Source: a virus. From it: 64,000 nucleotides of DNA. The translations under genes were made by a program, and so were the position numbers. The stretch is from the IMG/VR virus record IMGVR_UViG_3300010352_001575, positions 94,206-158,205 of that record. One strand, 5' to 3'. Numbering within the stretch: position 1 is the first letter of the stretch; each line of letters starts with the position of its first letter. The notes under the pieces were generated by a model. That model saw nothing but the letters and a program-made list of their open reading frames with translations. It had not been told where the DNA came from and did not search any database. Positions 57,228-64,000 of this stretch are shown in pieces.

Positions 57228-60160
57228 CGGTATCTCCATCACTCCAGTTTAAAGATAAGAATGCCACGCTGCAGATGTATGGTACTGCGCCGGGCTCCGA
57301 GGTATACCCAAAAGACGCCAATCTGTGCCCGTACTTCAACACCACCGATGACAAACTTGTATATGTGAACCACCTGCCAACCTTGTCGGTAGGCGACGCC
57401 CTGACCATAAAGATAAACGGCAAGATAGTTGGAACCTCCTACATACGAAACTCTGATGGTTTATATATCTACGAGTTCAACCCACCGTACGGATATTTCC
57501 AGCTAGCCACAGTACTGCCGGACACTACGGAGATAACGCAAGATTTTACTTCTAAGAACCTGCTGCTGTTTTCCGCAGTAGAAGGACAAGAGTACGAGAG
57601 CTACCGCGACCAAGCCCTGGACATTATTGGCGGAGCCAATGCCAAGAACTATGACGATGGCGGCATCTTCCTAAGAATTTGCACGGACGCGCAACTATCC
57701 ACGAACTATGCGTCTCATCTGGGCTTTGACCGCCCAGTAGACTGGACATATCTTACCTATGTCGGCGCCATTGCTGGCGATATCGAGAATGGCATTCAAG
57801 GCACTACTGGCTCGCTAGCCGCGACACCTACAGTAGTAGGCTCCTCGTTCTCTGGTTTGGCTATTACCAATCTGTTGCCTACAGAACTCTTCTGGTATCG
57901 CGGGCGTAGCACCACTGCAGTGTCTGGCGGCTTTGCTGGTAATGTTGCCGATATCGATACCTACCCGTCCAGGTACCCAAGCATCGTGACCTGGGGAACC
58001 AGCTCTGACGCAACGCTATACCTACTGTTTAAGAATTCCGTAGCGGCATCGCTAACCGGTCTGTACTCTGTGGGTATAGACAGCAATAACAAGCTAGTCG
58101 CAGCGATGAAGCCAACGCTGGATAATAAACTCAGAACTAGCATAGCCAACTTTTGCCCGCTCTACGATGTGTTCGTAGCGCCATCTGGATTTGCCTTCGT
58201 AATAGCAGACCACCGAGTGATAACCACCAAAGTTCAGAAGCAGGGCGTGTTCTCGGCCAAGAAGGACGGGGCATCTGTAGACTCAGTAAAAGATGTTATA
58301 GAATCCGTCACAGATTACCGCCCTACCACCACAGACATGCGACACTTACAACTAGACTATAGGCTTCGTGCTACAGGAATCAGGCATGGCGTAGCCACCC
58401 CGCTAACTGTGGAGGACGTTGCTGCTGGCCACACGCTAACTCCAATAGCCGGGTACGCTGCGCAGTATTTGGTTAATCCAGCTACAGGTAGCACCACAGC
58501 AACTCACGGGGTGTACGCCTGGGGTAGAGAGGTAGGTTTCGACACCAGCATACCAAAGCTATACGCGGAATACGGCGGAGCTTGGGATGCAGCCGGCCTA
58601 GCCGCAGCAGCGTCAGCATTTCCGCCCGATACCTGCTTTTCTTACGGCGTTCCTACTGCTGCGAACCCTACGTATATCGCGATGGTGGTTAAACTTCCAT
58701 CTGCAGACTTTAACATACTGGCCGGCATCAACTACGATGGCAAGATGGAAGTATGGCCAGAGGCCACGCGAGATGCCAACGGTTATCTGCCTATCGCCGA
58801 ATTTGCTGTTGATAGTGCACTGCAGAAGCTGACGCTATCTGAATCGATGACTCCTTGCCCGTACGACAACCTGGCTCGGCTTGTGAATGTAAAGACCAAC
58901 GCTGGTTGGGTAGCAGGTAAGGACTTAGACCCAACAAACGATACACTTAACGGAGGCTACCCACAAAGTCTAGCGATTGATGACACAACCCACACAATAC
59001 CCGCGTCACTTATCACGCTTGGATATACACCGAGTCAGTTCAATGCCGGGGCGCATTACACCAATAACCACGTTATTGACATTATACATGACGGCTTCAC
59101 AATCGCGGATGATGTCATAGTCAAGACTGCTGTGAATGGCGTAGACCAATTATCTTACTCGTGGATAAATCCATTTGCTGATCCGCCTGCATATTTACAT
59201 AATATTTTTCAAGAACAGTTTATTGGTCTTTCTACGTTCACTTTGGCCGTATACCCAGTAGCCAATTCTACGGAATTATATGTGAACGGAATTTATCAAA
59301 AAGAAAACATAGACTATACAGTGTCAACCACTGGCGTTGTTGCTATATCTACCAGCATAGACGCATCAGACGTTATAGATGTGGTGTGCGCGGGAAGTAC
59401 TCCTGTGTATACCAAAGAAAGCTTCACGGCTAATCCAGCTACGCTAAGTACGTCTGTCATATCCGATCACCACATCAAGGTCTGGTTGAACGGCACTAGG
59501 CTATTTCTTGAGGCAGGAGATTATACAATAACAGGAGCCACGCTAACACTTAACGTAGCATTCTCTGCAGGAGATACGATAGACGTAATGTATATCGGTG
59601 CATCACCTGCACCGTGTTTTTATTCTGTTTCTCTGGACCGTAGTGCATTACCTGATTCTGGCGAAGTACATACTAGCTTCCCATTCGACTATATGTCTGC
59701 TATGCTGTACATAAACGGCGTAGCACAACCGAAAACAGAGATTATCGAATCTCCTAACACAGGTAGTGTTCTTGTTTCTGCGTCAATCATGGCCAATACC
59801 TTTAGCGGAGATATCTTGACAGTGGCCACTAATAGACAACTCGCGTACAACGTCGCTGTGCGCCAAGTTTTAACAAACGGAACTACAGTTAATTATTACC
59901 AAGGCTTGGACTTTTTAGTTAACTACACTACGGGTAAAATCGAGTGGATTACCGGACGGCCCCAACCAGATACAGGTACTTCGTACTATGCTAGCTATGC
60001 CTATTTCCCTGAGGACATTTTGACAAAGTTGTTAAGAACAGTCCGCCCGGCGACTGGTATAATCTCTCAAAGATATATCGCTACTGACGGGCAGGAGTTC
60101 AACCCCTATGATAGATTTGCGTGGCCGTTCAAAGACCCGCAGGACGATTTGGTAATGTAA
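57224..60160 (+). CDS. Baseplate wedge/tail structural protein
   Basis: 978 aa; repeated ELYVNGIYQ / KVWLNGTRL / MLYINGVAQ modules; C-terminal LLRTVRPA wedge motif. Confidence 0.6.
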   Translation: MTVSPSLQFKDKNATLQMYGTAPGSEVYPKDANLCPYFNTTDDKLVYVNHLPTLSVGDALTIKINGKIVGTSYIRNSDGLYIYEFNPPYGYFQLATVLPDTTEITQDFTSKNLLLFSAVEGQEYESYRDQALDIIGGANAKNYDDGGIFLRICTDAQLSTNYASHLGFDRPVDWTYLTYVGAIAGDIENGIQGTTGSLAATPTVVGSSFSGLAITNLLPTELFWYRGRSTTAVSGGFAGNVADIDTYPSRYPSIVTWGTSSDATLYLLFKNSVAASLTGLYSVGIDSNNKLVAAMKPTLDNKLRTSIANFCPLYDVFVAPSGFAFVIADHRVITTKVQKQGVFSAKKDGASVDSVKDVIESVTDYRPTTTDMRHLQLDYRLRATGIRHGVATPLTVEDVAAGHTLTPIAGYAAQYLVNPATGSTTATHGVYAWGREVGFDTSIPKLYAEYGGAWDAAGLAAAASAFPPDTCFSYGVPTAANPTYIAMVVKLPSADFNILAGINYDGKMEVWPEATRDANGYLPIAEFAVDSALQKLTLSESMTPCPYDNLARLVNVKTNAGWVAGKDLDPTNDTLNGGYPQSLAIDDTTHTIPASLITLGYTPSQFNAGAHYTNNHVIDIIHDGFTIADDVIVKTAVNGVDQLSYSWINPFADPPAYLHNIFQEQFIGLSTFTLAVYPVANSTELYVNGIYQKENIDYTVSTTGVVAISTSIDASDVIDVVCAGSTPVYTKESFTANPATLSTSVISDHHIKVWLNGTRLFLEAGDYTITGATLTLNVAFSAGDTIDVMYIGASPAPCFYSVSLDRSALPDSGEVHTSFPFDYMSAMLYINGVAQPKTEIIESPNTGSVLVSASIMANTFSGDILTVATNRQLAYNVAVRQVLTNGTTVNYYQGLDFLVNYTTGKIEWITGRPQPDTGTSYYASYAYFPEDILTKLLRTVRPATGIISQRYIATDGQEFNPYDRFAWPFKDPQDDLVM

Positions 60161-60169
60161 GGAGATAAT

Positions 60170-62353
60170 ATGACAGTAGACTACAGCCAGTTTAAAATGA
60201 AATCATCCCCGGTATGGGCTTTACAGCCTGTTTCGCCTGAGGTACAGAACAAAGCGTGTTCAGGTGATCCTGATAACTTAATCAATAGGCTATCCGACCT
60301 GCTTGGTATAGACGCTAACAATTGGGGTATTTTTCCTGCGGCCGCGATTCGGAATAGTGATGCATCGGCAACTTACTACGAAGCATACAGCACAGTTAGT
60401 GGTTCTGTCTACTACGATTTTTTAGTCACAGATGACCAATCAGCTAACACAGTGTCGGTCGGGTATGGTTTAGCGTATGATAGGAGCGGACGGCGCATAG
60501 TTATTGGAGACACTGACGCTTATGCGGCGGCCAACCCCGCAGCCGTAGACGCCTGGGGTTATGCTAAGCCTAAGTCCACTGGTTGCCAAGACATACCAGT
60601 ACCTACTAGTGCTGTTGCTACTTTTTACTTGTGCGTGTCGCATCTTCCAGTCGTTGAGTCTTATAGCAATCCCAAAACCTCTGTAGATCCAGTATCAGGA
60701 GAAGTTAGGTACACCAGAATCACCGATGGATATGAGATAGAGTTATTATCCAGTGCTCCTACAGATGGTACTCATGTATTATTAGCAACCATTGTCGTAG
60801 ATATCAGTGGTAATTTTGTGGTTACGCAAACTGCTGCTATTCGAAAGTACATCCGAATGCCGGGAGCTCTTGTTAGCTCCCCGACAGAAGGATTGGACGG
60901 GGTGCCGCTGGTTAAGACTGTTGCACAACACATACAGGCAGTAGGTACCAGTGCTGAGGCTTACTCAGTAGTCAATCCTCATATGCAGAAATTGAGAGAT
61001 TTAGACGGCTGGGAAGAAATAGAGAACTCGCTGGCCGCGTCTTTCAGGGCTGCGTTCGCCAACGGGCTAATAGACACAACGTATAGCAACGCATTCGCGT
61101 ACACAGGCAGCGGTAGCTCTACTATTACATTCTCAAACTTAGACACCGGAGAATACGCATTTGTTAACGGCTATCTGTACACTGGAGATCAGGTGTACAA
61201 TGGCACCACTCAGCTAGATCTAGGAGATTCAATACCTGTATCCCCGACTACGCAAGCTAACTATTATGTGTACCTAGAAGAGAACAACGACACTGATAGC
61301 ACGCACAAGCTGCAGTTTGTTCTATCCGTCTCGGCTCCAGTAGCTACTGACCAAACGAAGTTGCTGCTTTGTACGCTGACCTGGTCTGGGTCTGGATATA
61401 TCTTCAACGCGGCCGACAATCGTAGATTCAGTATTGTGGCAGACAGCAGCAGGCAGGCGGACGCCGCCACTGCAGCTAACGCCGTACAGCAGTCCAAGAA
61501 AATATCGTCGCTGGAGGTAGTGGGCAATTCAACAATTCCTACAATCGTAGGAAATACAAATATGACCACCGGCAATCTGACCCTCACTGCCGGGAACATT
61601 GGCCTAACCGCTGGGAATATAACCCTAACCGCAGGCGGTTTAACTGTGACAGCTGGCGTCATTTCTGGCGCGACACTAGTATCCACAGGCGCGACAACCG
61701 TAGGCACCGACCTAACTGTGCAGGGACACCTAAACGGCAACACAGGTAGCGGGTTGCTAACGATACCAGGTAGCGTGTCTATCGGCGGCGTGCTAACCAT
61801 TAGCACGCTAAGCGTCTTAGGAAACTTCTCTGCGGGAGGAACGATAACCGCTAGCGCATCGTCGGCTCCTTTCCAGGTTCCAGAATATGTGGGTGCGGTG
61901 TCGTACGCTAGCTATCTGCCTGCTGGGACTATTGTTATGTGGATTGGCGCTACGGCGCCTGCGGGATACTGTCTAATTGATAATAGCTTGATTGCGCAAG
62001 CAGAGACCAAATATCCGGATTTATGGGCGGTAGTGCCAAATGGCTGGAAGTCAGGAGATGCAATCCAGTTGCCAGACTGGCGTGGCTTGATGCCTATGAA
62101 CGCCAGCGGTACATACCCTTTACTAGATACAGGCGGAGAAGCTACGCACGTGCTTACCGAGTCCGAGATGCCTACGCACCACCATGCTATACCTCAGTCT
62201 TTCGGAGGTTTAGACGGAGCGGCAGGTTCTCCGTACCGATACGTGGGAGCGGCTTTGGCTGGAACGGATACCACAGATGTTGGTGGCAGCGTAGCACATA
62301 ACAACCTGCCTCCGTACGTGGTAGTCAACTGGATACTAAAGCTAGCGGCATAA
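60170..62353 (+). CDS. Tail fibre protein with collar domain
   Basis: C-terminal LPAGTIVMW...APAGY...DWRG...GGEATHVLTESEMPTHHH...HNNLPPYVVVNWILK; TAGN heptad repeats. Confidence 0.85.
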   Translation: MTVDYSQFKMKSSPVWALQPVSPEVQNKACSGDPDNLINRLSDLLGIDANNWGIFPAAAIRNSDASATYYEAYSTVSGSVYYDFLVTDDQSANTVSVGYGLAYDRSGRRIVIGDTDAYAAANPAAVDAWGYAKPKSTGCQDIPVPTSAVATFYLCVSHLPVVESYSNPKTSVDPVSGEVRYTRITDGYEIELLSSAPTDGTHVLLATIVVDISGNFVVTQTAAIRKYIRMPGALVSSPTEGLDGVPLVKTVAQHIQAVGTSAEAYSVVNPHMQKLRDLDGWEEIENSLAASFRAAFANGLIDTTYSNAFAYTGSGSSTITFSNLDTGEYAFVNGYLYTGDQVYNGTTQLDLGDSIPVSPTTQANYYVYLEENNDTDSTHKLQFVLSVSAPVATDQTKLLLCTLTWSGSGYIFNAADNRRFSIVADSSRQADAATAANAVQQSKKISSLEVVGNSTIPTIVGNTNMTTGNLTLTAGNIGLTAGNITLTAGGLTVTAGVISGATLVSTGATTVGTDLTVQGHLNGNTGSGLLTIPGSVSIGGVLTISTLSVLGNFSAGGTITASASSAPFQVPEYVGAVSYASYLPAGTIVMWIGATAPAGYCLIDNSLIAQAETKYPDLWAVVPNGWKSGDAIQLPDWRGLMPMNASGTYPLLDTGGEATHVLTESEMPTHHHAIPQSFGGLDGAAGSPYRYVGAALAGTDTTDVGGSVAHNNLPPYVVVNWILKLAA

Positions 62354-62359
62354 GGATTG

Positions 62360-62390
62360 GTACAAAATTATATAAAATTATTAAATATAG
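62360..62390 (+). promoter_or_regulatory. Repeated AT-rich motif, copy 7
   Basis: GTACAAAATTATATAAAATTATTAAATATAG, after the tail fibre stop. Confidence 0.72.
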
Positions 62391-62392
62391 CA

Positions 62393-62671
62393 ATGCTAAA
62401 GACCAACGATGTATTGTGTATTCCTATCAATATGCGCATCCTGGAGAAGCACGGCCACGAGGATACGGTTTATTACCTCTGTCAGTGCGACTCAGTACCT
62501 CTTGGCGTTGTGCCGCACGATGCACCTTACTTTATTGTGTCTGAGCACGTGATGAGCACAGACAGGAAACTAACGAAAAAAGAACGGGATGTCCCGGACG
62601 CTATCCTCAGGTGGGGATTGCTAGAGATAGAAAAATTGGAACAAGCCGAAATAGAGGAAGAAGATGATTAA
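62393..62671 (+). CDS. Hypothetical protein
   Basis: Listed ORF 62357..62671; its first 12 codons span the motif, so ATG 62393 is preferred. Confidence 0.55.
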   Translation: MLKTNDVLCIPINMRILEKHGHEDTVYYLCQCDSVPLGVVPHDAPYFIVSEHVMSTDRKLTKKERDVPDAILRWGLLEIEKLEQAEIEEEDD

Positions 62672-64000
62672 CATATTTAAAAACCTGACAAAGCTGCTAG
62701 CCGCCGCGGCACTATTTTCCGTTGTTGCATCGCCCGCGACTGCGGCCCCGTCTTCTAAAATCAAGCTCCAGGATCTGGCGTTTGTTCCAGTGGTGTCGAC
62801 AGACACATTGCAATCTGGCACTACCTTCTATGTCTCTAGCGGTACAGTAAACCAGGAGCTGAACATACTCGGCCAACTGAAGTTCTCAGACGGCACCTTG
62901 CTAACCTCCACCAATGCCATCGCTGGCTACTTGCTCAGCTCTACAAACACCTGGACGGCGCCGAATACTTTCCTACAAATCGTCACAGCCAATATAACAG
63001 GCAATGCGGGCACCGTGACGAACGGGGCGTACATAAACATAGACAACAACTGGGCCCAGACCCAAAAATTTCAGTACGGCATTCTGGTAGAAACCGCGAC
63101 AGTCAATGGCGACCTCACCGCCAACACGCTCTTGGGTTCAACCATGACCATCACAGGTCAGGCCAACTTTAACGATGTATACGGGTCAACCTCAACGTTT
63201 TTATTGACCAATGCATCTACGTCCAACGTATCCAACCTGGGAATATGGGATGCAGCCTTAGCATACAAAACCATGTTCAGGGGCGGAGCACAGACCGCTG
63301 ACATCACATATACTCTGCCGGCGTCCACGGACGCAGCCAAATGTCTTAAGACCGGCGTAGACGGGGTCACTCTGGAATGGGGTGACTGCGGCGGGGCTAT
63401 GACCAACGTGGCGTACACCAACGTCAACAACAATTTCACAACGGACCAGACCGTATACGGCAAGGTCCTTATTACAAGCGCAACTATGGTGTCCAACGGA
63501 ATAACTTCATCGTACGACTCATACACCAAGTCTGTTCTGCATTTAGACGGCTCTCTAACGGACGACACGGGGAAGACCTGGTCGGGCAGCCCATCGTATG
63601 ATGCGTCGGGCAAGTTCAGTCAGGCGCTTCAAGGCAATGGGTCGGCCATAACCACGTCCGACACGCTCACTGACTTCGACTGCACCGGAACAGGGGAATG
63701 CACGATAGACTTCTGGTATAAAGAAGCTTCAGGTGTGGGGTTCGGCGCCGACATTTTCTCGCTCAACAATTCCAACAAATGGTTCATATACAGCGGAGGC
63801 GAAGGCAGCGGGATCAGCTCGATCTGCGTTGGCCGCTCAGGCCTTTGGTCGGAATGCACAGACCCAGGCACATTAACTACAGGGGTATGGTCACACATTG
63901 CTGTCGTGGTTCACTCTGGTTCGACCAAAGTGTATATCGACGGACAACTTGAAAAAACAATAGCTCATAACATAGAAGCTCCCGGCGCCAGCATTAGTCT
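62664..64000 (+). CDS. Signal-peptide-like protein with a LamG/concanavalin-like domain; runs off the window end
   Basis: Translated by hand, no stop to 64000: MINIFKNLTKLLAAAALFSVVASPATA-APSS...; LamG-like SVLHLDG, CTIDFWY, WSHIAVV, KVYIDG. Missing from the ORF track because it has no stop. Confidence 0.85.
   Translation, partial: MINIFKNLTKLLAAAALFSVVASPATAAPSSKIKLQDLAFVPVVSTDTLQSGTTFYVSSGTVNQELNILGQLKFSDGTLLTSTNAIAGYLLSSTNTWTAPNTFLQIVTANITGNAGTVTNGAYINIDNNWAQTQKFQYGILVETATVNGDLTANTLLGSTMTITGQANFNDVYGSTSTFLLTNASTSNVSNLGIWDAALAYKTMFRGGAQTADITYTLPASTDAAKCLKTGVDGVTLEWGDCGGAMTNVAYTNVNNNFTTDQTVYGKVLITSATMVSNGITSSYDSYTKSVLHLDGSLTDDTGKTWSGSPSYDASGKFSQALQGNGSAITTSDTLTDFDCTGTGECTIDFWYKEASGVGFGADIFSLNNSNKWFIYSGGEGSGISSICVGRSGLWSECTDPGTLTTGVWSHIAVVVHSGSTKVYIDGQLEKTIAHNIEAPGASIS

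Noticed and set aside
61565-61670. TAGN heptad repeats in the tail fibre (and the ATQPT repeat near 17890) as DGR targets or variable repeats
   Set aside because: Synonymous positions differ between units, consistent with ordinary structural repeats; no reverse transcriptase or template repeat in the window.
3408-62390. Reading the motif's TATATAAA as an archaeal TATA box, implying an archaeal host
   Set aside because: No purine-rich BRE upstream; PolA, DnaG-type primase and sigma-like ORFs point to a bacterial host.
62357-62392. N-terminal extension MVQNYIKLLNIA of ORF 62357
   Set aside because: It is just the translation of motif copy 7; ATG 62393 is the more likely start.
1-64000. Minus-strand ORFs in the track (e.g. 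26250..26882, 53251..53916, 19425..19979, 61264..61806)
   Set aside because: They lie antisense to well-supported + strand genes and show no recognisable motifs; treated as shadow ORFs.
1-64000. Stop-codon reassignment, as in some large phages
   Set aside because: Genes tile densely in the standard code, and TAA, TAG and TGA all end genes at coupled junctions.
1-64000. CRISPR array, tRNA or rRNA genes
   Set aside because: No regularly spaced repeats or cloverleaf-like sequences were seen in the short intergenic regions; a tRNAscan run would confirm.

Overview
This is a 64-kb segment of a large, probably jumbo-class, contractile-tailed (myovirus-type) dsDNA phage genome. All credible genes lie on the + strand and read in the standard code. 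Gene order is: family A DNA polymerase with an N-terminal UDG-like domain, primase core, NusG paralog and two sigma-like ORFs, intein-containing large terminase, portal, prohead protease and scaffold-like proteins, major capsid protein (MCP), many head-associated unknowns (including a C1A peptidase, an Acb1/gp57B-like 2H phosphoesterase and a HAD-domain protein), neck, an orphan TnpB, sheath, two tubes, a frameshifting chaperone, tape measure, baseplate and fibres. Main results: (1) The MCP gene is not fragmented. It is interrupted by six group I introns (two carry LAGLIDADG endonucleases) with 15-, 19- and 21-nt micro-exons. The seven exons join into a 1074-nt ORF (357 aa), and the sixth intron appears to end in A rather than the canonical G. 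(2) A ~33-bp AT-rich motif recurs seven times at gene boundaries and is a candidate late promoter. (3) A catalytically intact TnpB sits inside one copy of that motif, and its predicted guide begins with the motif's own 3' end. (4) A recurrent hydrophobic-K/R-x-A-A/S motif suggests prohead-protease processing of many head proteins. All family assignments come from motif recognition by eye; no database search was run.
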